Shown here: piece after piece, positions 42,537 through 50,456 of the stretch
How positions within the stretch are numbered: position 1 is the stretch's first letter
How the letters are laid out: each line of letters opens with the position of its first letter
Assembly: GCA_035266285.1 (NCBI GenBank)
Contig: DATFNR010000059.1
Location: forward strand, 5,136-69,135
Source of the DNA: Candidatus Sulfotelmatobacter sp.
GTDB lineage: Bacteria > Acidobacteriota > Terriglobia > Terriglobales > Acidobacteriaceae
Length of the DNA stretch: 64,000 bases
Direction of reading: 5' to 3'
The notes under the pieces: model-generated
What the model was told of the DNA's origin: nothing
Database searches by the model: none
The model's input: only the letters and a program-made list of their open reading frames with translations
Made by a program: the position numbers and the translations under genes

Positions 42537-42628
42537 GGATTCGCCTGTAAAATCGCGGTCGCAAGCTGCTTAAAGTTCCCTAGTGCTTCCGGTCCCTCGA
42601 CGTATTCAGGTTGTTTCATGGAGTCATT

Positions 42629-43492
42629 ATGCGCCATTGTGTCGCGCTCCTTCTCCTGCTATTTACAGCTAGCCTGCAAAGACCACAGACGCTCCCCAAG
42701 GAATCCAATATTCAAAAATGCGCCACACAGCAGAACACAGCAGACTCCACAAAGAAACCAACCGAGGCTCAAGTTTTCGGCAGCTTTTCGCCACAGACAC
42801 CAATTCGCGGCGAGGAAGAAGATCAGCCCTACAATGCTGCAAAAGACTCTCTCTATCGAGTTTACCTTTGGGCCGCAATCATTGGAGTTGCCGTTGCGCT
42901 CGTTGGTATTGGCATGTTGTGGTATCAATCGCGCCATCTGCAATCTCAAATCCGACTGCAAGAGCGCGGATTGCGGCAATGGGTGAATACAAGCGATTGG
43001 AAAGTTGCGGGCACGGGCCAAGAAACTAGCGACCGAAGGCAGATTATTGAAGTTAGTTTCTTGTTGTCCAATGAGACCAGGGCTCCGATAACTCTGATTG
43101 CCGTCACTTTCAATTCCGAAGACCATCCAGCCAGCACGGGAGATGAGGGATTCGCGGAGCATTCGATGCTGTTGCCAAATAACCCATTCCGCCCAACTCT
43201 CCGCGTCCCACTCACCAGAAAGGAAGAGCTTGACTACGTGCGTGATGGCATACTGCTTCGGATTGGCGGCATGATCGTCTACACCGACGCGCTGGAGGAA
43301 ACCTGGAGGCAGAATTTTCGCATCTTCTTGAACGCCTCCCACACCGACATTAAGACAAGCAAGTACATCCACACGCTGCACAAGATGCGGACAGTGCCAA
43401 TCCCATTGCCACAACCATTCTGGCGTAGAGCGGTTGATTGGTACTTGGCTCAAATTGAAGCGATGAAAAACGGAGAATCCGAAAACGATTAG
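42629..43492 (+). CDS. IS passenger gene: membrane-anchored hypothetical protein
   Basis: 287 aa from the ATG at 42629, with GGAG 5 nt upstream. It has a signal-like N-terminus (MRHCVALLLLLFTASL), a central TM segment (VYLWAAIIGVAVALVGIGMLWY) and a C-terminal domain of about 190 aa with no motif I recognise. This is the most AT-rich stretch of the window. Confidence 0.55.
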   Translation: MRHCVALLLLLFTASLQRPQTLPKESNIQKCATQQNTADSTKKPTEAQVFGSFSPQTPIRGEEEDQPYNAAKDSLYRVYLWAAIIGVAVALVGIGMLWYQSRHLQSQIRLQERGLRQWVNTSDWKVAGTGQETSDRRQIIEVSFLLSNETRAPITLIAVTFNSEDHPASTGDEGFAEHSMLLPNNPFRPTLRVPLTRKEELDYVRDGILLRIGGMIVYTDALEETWRQNFRIFLNASHTDIKTSKYIHTLHKMRTVPIPLPQPFWRRAVDWYLAQIEAMKNGESEND

Positions 43493-43552
43493 CCCTGTCA
43501 CGGCAATCAAAACTAGCGTGAGAATTACATGTGTGTCAACTAGTTTATTGCC

Positions 43553-43560
43553 GATTTAAA
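43553..43560. repeat. Right 8-bp target-site duplication GATTTAAA
   Basis: It is identical to 41370-41377 and directly abuts the right inverted repeat. Confidence 0.8.
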
Positions 43561-43821
43561 CCCTTTCGTTTCATTCACTTAGAAGGAGTTTCTTGCACAG
43601 CCCCCAAGGCCTGTAACCGGTCCGGATTCTTGGCCTTGCGAGCGTCTTCACCATTACTGGTGCAATCGTGGGAAAGGGTGCCTGCACATAAGAAAAACGT
43701 TGCGCTCGCCTGCTGAAAACTGACGCGCGCCACTTCTGTCCGCTTCTCCGCTCGGGTTGTGGCTCATTGCAAACCAGAGTACAGTTACACACTTTCCCAT
43801 CACGAGATCACCGGAGGAACG

Positions 43822-44799
43822 ATGTTTGCGCCGCCGAATCTGACCATCGCATTGCTGATGATGATCACCAGCGCCATCTGCTGGGGGTCGTGGGCCAACA
43901 CCTATAAAGGTGTGAAGAACTATCGCTTCGAACTTTTCTATTGGGACTATGCGATCGGCATTTTTCTGATTTCACTGATTCTCGCCTTCACCATGGGGAG
44001 CAGCGGTCACGACTCAACCAGCTTTCTGAACAACGTGAATTCCGCCGACAACTCCAACATTGCCTGGACTCTGGTCGGTGGAGCGATTTTCAATCTGGCC
44101 AATCTTCTGCTGGTAGCCGCGATCGACATGGCCGGGCTCGCGGTCGCGTTCCCGGTCGCGATTGGTATTGCGCTGGTAGTTGGTGTTGTGCTGAGTTACG
44201 CGCTTCAGCCCAAAGGCAGCGCTCTATTTCTGGCAACCGGCGTTGCTTGCGCGCTCATTGCCGTGATCCTCGACGGCAAAGCTTACGGCAGTCTCGCCAG
44301 CGCAGGGCGTTCGGTTTCACGCAAGAGCATCGTCACCTGCATAGTTTCGGGAGTACTGATGGGCTTGTGGGCGCCGTTTGTCACTCGCGCCATGACCCAC
44401 GGCAACACGCTCGGCCCATACAGCATTGCCGTTTTTCTGACGCTTGGGGCGCTGCTCTCGTGTTTCATCTGGAATGTTTATTTCATGAAGAAACCGCTGG
44501 CTGGGGAACCCATCAGTTTCAGCGGGTTTTTCAGCGCGCCGCCCTCGGGACATCTGCTCGGCTTGGCAGGCGGAGTGATCTGGGGCACGGGGATGGTTTT
44601 CAATCTGGTCGCTGCAAGCTTTACGGGAGTGGCAATCTCGTACGCCATCGGCCAGTCTGCTCCCATGGTCGCGGCGCTGTGGGGAATATTCGCCTGGAGA
44701 GAATTTGCCGGTTCGGGATCGCGCGCGAAGAGTTATCTCGTCTTCATGTTCGTGTTCTACGCGCTGGCGATTCTGCTGGTGGCGCGAGCGAACGGATGA
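43822..44799 (+). CDS. GRP-family (glucose/ribose porter, DMT superfamily) sugar transporter, RbsU/GlcU-like
   Basis: 325 aa from the ATG at 43822, with about 10 TM segments. The N-terminus is ALLMMITSAICWGSWANTYK. The family call rests on general resemblance; ribose as substrate is inferred from context (nucleoside hydrolase, rbsK). Confidence 0.6.
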   Translation: MFAPPNLTIALLMMITSAICWGSWANTYKGVKNYRFELFYWDYAIGIFLISLILAFTMGSSGHDSTSFLNNVNSADNSNIAWTLVGGAIFNLANLLLVAAIDMAGLAVAFPVAIGIALVVGVVLSYALQPKGSALFLATGVACALIAVILDGKAYGSLASAGRSVSRKSIVTCIVSGVLMGLWAPFVTRAMTHGNTLGPYSIAVFLTLGALLSCFIWNVYFMKKPLAGEPISFSGFFSAPPSGHLLGLAGGVIWGTGMVFNLVAASFTGVAISYAIGQSAPMVAALWGIFAWREFAGSGSRAKSYLVFMFVFYALAILLVARANG

Positions 44800-44820
44800 G
44801 TCATATCGCGCTTCGCGCGA

Positions 44821-44846
44821 CCCCGGACGAATGCGTCCGGGGCTAC
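44821..44846. repeat. Family G hairpin-2 solo copy (CCCCGGACGAATGCGTCCGGGGCTAC)
   Basis: It lies between the convergent sugar porter and nucleoside hydrolase genes. The stem is the same as at 37101-37126 and 38672-38697. Confidence 0.7.
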
Positions 44847-44850
44847 ACAA

Positions 44851-45885
44851 CTACTTCCCTTTAATGCGGCTGATGAACAACTGCAAAAAGCCGTCGGCGT
44901 CGGAAGCCAGGCAGACGCGCGCATTCGGCTTCAGCGGAATCACGCCTTCGATCTCATAGTGGTCGCCGTGCAGGACGTTGTTCTCGTTCGATCCCATGCG
45001 ATTGGCGACAGTTTCGCCGCGCGTGAACTCGCCCCTGGTCTCGATGTCGACGTGCATATCTTTCAGTGTCACGAGTGTGGAATCGATGACCGTGCCCACC
45101 GCCAGCGGATCATACATCGCTGCGCCAGCGTAGCCGCTCTTCTCCGAACGTGTCAGATAAAAATCGGCCAACCGGGCGACAAAGTCGCTCTCCGGGCCGT
45201 GCGCCGACTGCAGATCGTTAAGGTATTTGCGGGTCATGATGGTGCGCTCGCCCACGTCGGAGCCGATCATGGTGACCATCCAGCCAGCGGTGAAAACGAT
45301 GGACGCGGCTTCGGGATCGCCGTAAATGTTCGCCTCGGCGGCGCCGTCCACATTTCCGCCGGAGATTGATCCGCCCATGATCACGATATCTTTGACCAGC
45401 GGGACGATCGAGGGATCCTTCGAGACCGCGAGTGCGATGTTGGTGAGCGGGCCGATAGGAATGAGCGTAATCTCGTGCGGATGCTTGTGTACGAGTTCGA
45501 TGATCAGATCGGGGCCGAAACGCGCGTCGGCCTTACACTTGGACGCTGGCAGTTCGACATTCGCGAGGCCATTCTTGCCGTGCCAGAACTGCGCGGTGAT
45601 CAGTTTCTGATTGAGCGGATGCTGCGCGCCACCGGCTACGGGAAGATCGCAGCGATTGGCGAGGGAAGTTAACTTCAGCGCATTCTCGAGACCCTGCCAT
45701 GCCTCGACGTTTCCGGGCACAACCGTCAGCGCCTCGACTTTCAACTCCGGAGAGTTCAGGGCAAGCAGAATAGCCATAGCGTCATCGACACCCGGATCAG
45801 TGTCGATGATGACTCGGCGTGGCGATTGGGCGAGAGCGGCGAGACAACAAGCGAGAAATAAAATCGGAATCAGGAATCTGCTCAC
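44851..45885 (-). CDS. Nucleoside hydrolase (IUNH family) with signal peptide
   Basis: 344 aa with a GTG start. VIIDTDPGVDDAMAILLAL is the DxDxxxDD fingerprint. The N-terminus MSRFLIPILFLACCLAALAQ is signal-like. Confidence 0.88.
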   Translation of the reverse strand: MSRFLIPILFLACCLAALAQSPRRVIIDTDPGVDDAMAILLALNSPELKVEALTVVPGNVEAWQGLENALKLTSLANRCDLPVAGGAQHPLNQKLITAQFWHGKNGLANVELPASKCKADARFGPDLIIELVHKHPHEITLIPIGPLTNIALAVSKDPSIVPLVKDIVIMGGSISGGNVDGAAEANIYGDPEAASIVFTAGWMVTMIGSDVGERTIMTRKYLNDLQSAHGPESDFVARLADFYLTRSEKSGYAGAAMYDPLAVGTVIDSTLVTLKDMHVDIETRGEFTRGETVANRMGSNENNVLHGDHYEIEGVIPLKPNARVCLASDADGFLQLFISRIKGK

Positions 45886-45907
45886 AATAAACCGCCTCCT
45901 TTAGCGT

Positions 45908-46021
45908 GTCATCCTGAGTGGCGCTCTTTGCCGCGAAGAGCCTGCCCTGAGCTTGTCGAAGGGACCTCTGCATTTCCGGCGCCCGCAGGTTACATAGGTC
46001 CTTCGCTGCGCTCAGGATGAC
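45908..46021. repeat. Family I composite element, copy 2 (GTCATCCTGAG ... CTCAGGATGAC)
   Basis: The 11-bp outer arms are perfectly complementary. The internal GCCTGCCCTGAGCTTGTCGAAGGGAC is shared with 17812-17930. Confidence 0.65.
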
Positions 46022-46061
46022 AAACCTGGACTTACTAAAACTGGCTCGCCCTAAGTACCAT

Positions 46062-47291
46062 CTACAGCAACATGCCGGCGATCGAGGCCGACATTAAATT
46101 CGCCATGGTGCCCGCCAGCATGGCGCGGAAGCCGAGGCGGGCCAGATCGCCCTTGCGGTTGGGAGCCAGCGCGCCGATGCCGCCGATCTGAATTCCGATC
46201 GAACTGAAGTTGGCGAAGCCGCACAGCGCGAACGTGGCGATGGTAAACGAGCGCGGGTCGAGCGCGGCTCTCTGCGGGCCGAGCATGGAGAAAGCCACCA
46301 GTTCGTTGAGCACCATGCGCACGCCCAGCAGATTGCCGATGGCTGAGCAATCGCGCCAGGGAACGCCGATCACCCACGCCACGGGTGCGAACAGCACGCC
46401 CAGCACGCTTTCGAGGCTCACCGGGAACCAGGCGATGTGGCGGTGAATGCCGCCGAACATCGCGTCGAGAAGGGCGACCAGCGCGAGAAATGCGATGAGC
46501 ATGGCGCCGATATTGAGCGCCATGTGCAGGCCGTCGCCGGTGCCGCGCGCGATCGCTCCCAGCAGGTTCTCGTGCTTTTCCCGTTCCGTTTCTTCCGCGC
46601 TCATCACAACTTTGCCGGCAGTCTTGGGCTGCTCGGTTTCGGGCACGAGCATTTTCGAAATCAGGATAGTGCCGGGAGCGGTCATGATGACCGCGCTCAG
46701 CACGTGCCGCGGCTCGGCGCCGAAAGCGAAGTAGGCCGCCATGATAGACCCGGAGACGTGCGCCATGCCGCTCGTCATCACCGTCATCAGCTCGGAGCGT
46801 GTGAGGTCAGGCAGAAACGGGCGGATGGTGACCGGAGCTTCCGTCTGTCCCATGAAAATGCTGGCGGCAACGTTGAGCGACTCCGCACCGCTGGCGCCCA
46901 TGATGCGCGTCATGAGCCAGGCAGCCCCGCGAATGATGATCGGCATGACCCCGATGTGATAAAGGATGGCGAACAGGGCGCAGATGAAGATAACGACAGG
47001 AAGAACCTGAAAGGCGAAGATGAATCCGATGTTGGAATGCTGTTTGCCCAACTCTCCAAACAGAAATTCCGAGCCCACGAAAGCGTAATTGAGCACGCGG
47101 TTGGCGGCGTCGCCGGCGACCTGGAACATGCGGCGGCCAAATTCGATCCGCAGCACGAATACCGCAAAGACGAATTGCAAACCGAGGCCCCATGCGACCG
47201 TTTTTTTACGGATGGCGCGGCGGTTCGTGGAGAAAATGTAGGCCAGGGTGAGCATGGTTAACAGGCCGAGAATTCCTGTGAAACGTCCCAT
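46062..47291 (-). CDS. nupC: NupC/CNT-family concentrative nucleoside transporter
   Basis: 409 aa, polytopic. Conserved CNT stretches are present (FVGSEFLFG, IFMGQTEAPV, MTSGMAHVSGS, CGFANFSSIGI). Confidence 0.88.
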   Translation of the reverse strand: MGRFTGILGLLTMLTLAYIFSTNRRAIRKKTVAWGLGLQFVFAVFVLRIEFGRRMFQVAGDAANRVLNYAFVGSEFLFGELGKQHSNIGFIFAFQVLPVVIFICALFAILYHIGVMPIIIRGAAWLMTRIMGASGAESLNVAASIFMGQTEAPVTIRPFLPDLTRSELMTVMTSGMAHVSGSIMAAYFAFGAEPRHVLSAVIMTAPGTILISKMLVPETEQPKTAGKVVMSAEETEREKHENLLGAIARGTGDGLHMALNIGAMLIAFLALVALLDAMFGGIHRHIAWFPVSLESVLGVLFAPVAWVIGVPWRDCSAIGNLLGVRMVLNELVAFSMLGPQRAALDPRSFTIATFALCGFANFSSIGIQIGGIGALAPNRKGDLARLGFRAMLAGTMANLMSASIAGMLL

Positions 47292-47398
47292 TCAGTGCAC
47301 CTCAGCGGCTAGGCCGCTTCCTTCACACAAACGAGCGGCACGTCTGAAGGCGTGCCCTGATACGGATCTCCAGCGGGCGGATAGAGGCCACGCCCGTT

Positions 47399-48742
47399 TC
47401 AAAGCGGGCCACCGATGACTTTGTGAATCAGGGGCCGCTTCGCGGGCACCGAGTCCGCAATCTCGCAACTGGATTCGATCATCTGCCTAGCGCGCTCCGC
47501 TCGCGCCTCGGCATTGTAATAAATCGTGGCCAGCGGCTCGCCAACGGCGACTTGGTCGCCGACTTTCTTGTGCAGCACGATTCCGACCGCGGGATCCACG
47601 GAGTCTTCCTTGCGCTCGCGGCCGCCGCCGAGGATGACGCACGCGGTGCCGATCTGCTCGCACTGCATGGAAGCGAGATAGCCAGACTTGGCGCTGCGGA
47701 CCTGCATCGTGTGCTGCGCCTGCGGCAAGCGCTTCGCATCGTCGATGACGCGCGGATCGCCGCCCTGAAGTTCGATCATCTGGCGGAATCTTTCGAGGGC
47801 CGCGCCGGAAGAAATGAGTTGCGCGCTCTTTTGTTTTCCTTCGGCGACGGTTTTCGCGGCGCCGCCTAAGTGCAGCATCCATCCGGCGAGCTCGAGGCAG
47901 AGTTCGAGCAGATCGGCAGGACCGCACCCGCGCAGGATGTCGACGCACTCGACTACTTCGAGCGCGTTGCCGATCATGTTGCCCAGCGGCTGATCCATGT
48001 CGGTGATCAGGGCGACCACGCGCTTGCCCATGCGCTCGCCGGTTTCGACCATGAGTTCGGCGAGGAAGGCCGCGTCCTCTTCGCTCTTCATGAAAGCGCC
48101 GGAGCCGGTTTTCACGTCGAGCACGAGCGCGTCGATGCCTTCGGCGAGCTTCTTGCTCATGATGGAGGCGCAGATCAGATAAGGGCTTTCGACCGTGCCG
48201 GTGACGTCGCGCAGCGCATAGAGCTTGCGGTCAGCGGGCGCGATTTCGGCGGTCTGTCCGATCATGGCGCAGCCGCAAGTGGCGAGCACACGGCGGAAAT
48301 CGGCGACGGAAAGATTCACATTGAAGCCGGAAATTGCTTCGAGCTTGTCGAGCGTGCCGCCGGTGTGACCGAGTCCGCGGCCGCTGATCATGGGAACGGC
48401 TACACCGGCAGCGGCAGCGAGCGGAGCGAGCACGAGAGAAGTCTTGTCGCCAACGCCGCCGGTGGAGTGCTTGTCGACTTTGCGCGCGGGCAGCGACGAG
48501 AGATCGAGCACTTCGCCCGAATGCAGCATGGCGTCGGTGAGCGCCGCGGTTTCGGGGCGGGTCATGCCGCGCAGCACAACCGCCATGAGCCACGCGGAGA
48601 CCTGGTAGTCGGGGATATCGCCGCGCGTGTAGGCGTTGACCAGGCCTTCGATTTCGGCCGACGCCAGCTCGACCCCATCGCGCTTCTTGCGGATGACATC
48701 AATCGCACGGAAGTTGCTGGCTGCGACGGTTGCGGGACTCAC
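47399..48742 (-). CDS. deoA: Thymidine / pyrimidine-nucleoside phosphorylase
   Basis: 447 aa containing DVIRKKRDG, VDKHSTGGVGDKTSL, SGRGLGHTGGTLDKLE and a C-terminal PYNP domain. Confidence 0.92.
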   Translation of the reverse strand: MSPATVAASNFRAIDVIRKKRDGVELASAEIEGLVNAYTRGDIPDYQVSAWLMAVVLRGMTRPETAALTDAMLHSGEVLDLSSLPARKVDKHSTGGVGDKTSLVLAPLAAAAGVAVPMISGRGLGHTGGTLDKLEAISGFNVNLSVADFRRVLATCGCAMIGQTAEIAPADRKLYALRDVTGTVESPYLICASIMSKKLAEGIDALVLDVKTGSGAFMKSEEDAAFLAELMVETGERMGKRVVALITDMDQPLGNMIGNALEVVECVDILRGCGPADLLELCLELAGWMLHLGGAAKTVAEGKQKSAQLISSGAALERFRQMIELQGGDPRVIDDAKRLPQAQHTMQVRSAKSGYLASMQCEQIGTACVILGGGRERKEDSVDPAVGIVLHKKVGDQVAVGEPLATIYYNAEARAERARQMIESSCEIADSVPAKRPLIHKVIGGPL

Positions 48743-49161
48743 TTGAGGCGAAATCCTTCCGGAAGAAGTTCGGTGATGTGGGCCTGCCTGGGGCCGTTCT
48801 TGCCCTGGAAGAAGACGGTCGCGTCGGGTCCGAATTCGTAGATCACCTGGCGGCAGGCTCCGCAGGGCGAGCAGGCCACGCCGTGATCGTTGGTCACGGC
48901 GATGGCTTGAATCTCGATCCTGGGGCCGAGCGCCGCGACCGCGGAGAAGATTGCGGTGCGCTCGGCGCAGTTGGTCATGCCATAGGAGGCGTTTTCAACG
49001 TTACAGCCGGAGAAGACTTTTCCGTTTCTGAGCAGGATGGCTGCGCCTACATGGAAATTCGAGTAGGGGGCATGCGCGTTCTTCATCGTTTCAGCGGCGG
49101 CGCGTTCGAGCTTCTTGCGCACGGCGGCGGTGACAGGCTTCTTCGCCATAAGACGCGCCAT
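48739..49161 (-). CDS. cdd: Cytidine deaminase
   Basis: 140 aa containing the zinc motifs CAERTAIF and PCGACRQVIYEF. A 4-nt overlap links it to deoA. Confidence 0.92.
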   Translation of the reverse strand: MARLMAKKPVTAAVRKKLERAAAETMKNAHAPYSNFHVGAAILLRNGKVFSGCNVENASYGMTNCAERTAIFSAVAALGPRIEIQAIAVTNDHGVACSPCGACRQVIYEFGPDATVFFQGKNGPRQAHITELLPEGFRLK

Positions 49162-49187
49162 TGTAAACCCAGCTTCCTCATTTCGGC

Positions 49188-49243
49188 GTCATTCCTCCAG
49201 TCGAGCTTCGCTCGACGGGCAGCCGAGGACGGATGTCCCTACA
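49188..49243. repeat. Family H REP-like element, copy H1 (cdd/deoC divergent region)
   Basis: GTCATTCCTCCAGTCGAGCTTCGCTCGACGGGCAGCCGAGGACGGATGTCCCTACA. Confidence 0.65.
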
Positions 49244-49301
49244 GGGACCTGACTCGCGTTGTGCGATTGGCTGCCGTACAATGACACGGCGGTAATGGCA
49301 G

Positions 49302-50333
49302 ATGCCATCCTTCGACGAAAAGCGAATGGGCAGCGAAATCGCGAGGCACGAGCCCGAGGCGATCGCCACGCTGGCAGGACGGCCGCTTCTGGCCAACTCT
49401 GGAATCCCGCTCGATGTGAACTGGGTGCAGGAGGCGCGCGTCAACACGAGCGCGGTGGAACGGCGTGCGCAGACGCAGGTGGCGCGGCGAACGGTGAAGA
49501 AGGAGTGGCAGGCGGCGTGGCTGCTGCGGGCGATCTCGTGCATGGATTTGACTACGCTCTCCGGCGACGACACTGAGGAGCGTGTGCGGCGGCTGTGCGC
49601 CAAGGGGCGGCAACCGTTGCAGCAGGAACTGATCGACAAAGTTGGCATTCAGAATCTAGGCGTGAAAGTAGCCGCAGTGTGCGTGTACCACACGTTCGTC
49701 GAGACGGCGCTGCATGCGCTCGAGGGCAGCGGAATTCACGTGGCGGCGGTGTCAACCGGATTCCCGGCAGGATTGTCGCCGCTGGCGGAGCGCGTTGCGG
49801 AGATTCGGCGATCGGTAGAGGCGGGAGCGCACGAGATTGACGTAGTCATCACGCGGGCGTATGTGTTCGACGCGCGCTGGCAGGCGCTCTACGACGAGAT
49901 TGCGGCATTCAAGCAGGCCTGCGGCGCGGCGCACATGAAAGTGATCCTGGGCACGGGCGATTTGCTGACGCTGCGTAACGTAGCGCGCGCGAGCTTCGTC
50001 GCCATGATGGCGGGCGCGGATTTCATCAAGACTTCGACGGGAAAAGAGCCCACGAACGCAACGCTGCCGGTCAGTTTGGTCATGGTGCGGGCGATTCGCG
50101 AATACGCGCAGCAGACCGGGATGGCGGTGGGATTTAAACCGGCGGGCGGAATTCGCACGGCGAAGCAGTCGCTCGACTGGCTGGCGATGATGAAAGAAGA
50201 ACTGGGCGACTCGTGGCTGCGGGCGGAGATGTTTCGCTTCGGCGCGAGCGGGCTGCTGGGGGACATCGAGCGACAATTGGAGCATCATGCGACGGGGCGG
50301 TATTCTGCGGAGTATCGGCACCCGCTGGCGTAA
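49302..50333 (+). CDS. deoC: Deoxyribose-phosphate aldolase (long type)
   Basis: 343 aa containing DLTTLSGDDT, VAAVCVY, a catalytic Lys region (DFIKTSTGK) and GFKPAGGIR. An alternative start at 49326 is possible. Confidence 0.88.
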   Translation: MPSFDEKRMGSEIARHEPEAIATLAGRPLLANSGIPLDVNWVQEARVNTSAVERRAQTQVARRTVKKEWQAAWLLRAISCMDLTTLSGDDTEERVRRLCAKGRQPLQQELIDKVGIQNLGVKVAAVCVYHTFVETALHALEGSGIHVAAVSTGFPAGLSPLAERVAEIRRSVEAGAHEIDVVITRAYVFDARWQALYDEIAAFKQACGAAHMKVILGTGDLLTLRNVARASFVAMMAGADFIKTSTGKEPTNATLPVSLVMVRAIREYAQQTGMAVGFKPAGGIRTAKQSLDWLAMMKEELGDSWLRAEMFRFGASGLLGDIERQLEHHATGRYSAEYRHPLA

Positions 50334-50334
50334 G

Positions 50335-50380
50335 AAATCCCCACTTCTCGCGCAAAAAGCGCGCGAGAAATGGGGCACCC
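50335..50380. repeat. Family J hairpin element, intergenic copy J1
   Basis: AAATCCCCACTTCTCGCGCAAAAAGCGCGCGAGAAATGGGGCACCC. The stem is CCCCACTTCTCGCGC / GCGCGAGAAATGGGG. Confidence 0.75.
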
Positions 50381-50456
50381 AGCGCCTGTACCCTCCCGTT
50401 AGGTTTGTGGCGCTGGCGGCAAGCGGGCAGGAGTGCCCGCTCCACATGGAAATACG

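Larger units (their letters stand above)
41378..43552 (+). mobile_element. IS1595-family insertion sequence carrying a passenger gene (2175 bp)
   Basis: Perfect 26-bp terminal inverted repeats: GGCAATAAACTAGTTGACACACATGT (41378-41403) and its reverse complement (43527-43552). They are flanked by the 8-bp direct repeat GATTTAAA. The element contains an IS1595-type transposase and a second ORF, and it is visibly more AT-rich than its surroundings. Confidence 0.88.

Noticed and set aside
42659-43510. A 283-codon minus-strand ORF antisense to the IS passenger gene.
   Set aside because: Its translation is Trp/Cys-rich and lacks a plausible domain or topology pattern. The plus-strand frame has a signal peptide, a TM helix and an upstream GGAG. 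The ambiguity is kept as a caveat in the passenger-gene finding.
43561-43821. A possible riboswitch or sRNA in the 261-bp leader of the sugar porter and in the 164-bp stretch left of the IS.
   Set aside because: I could not recognise any known riboswitch core (purine, preQ1, 2'-dG, c-di-GMP) or a convincing conserved structure. The small ORFs there (43531-43716, 43571-43792) begin inside the IS repeat or lack ribosome-binding sites.
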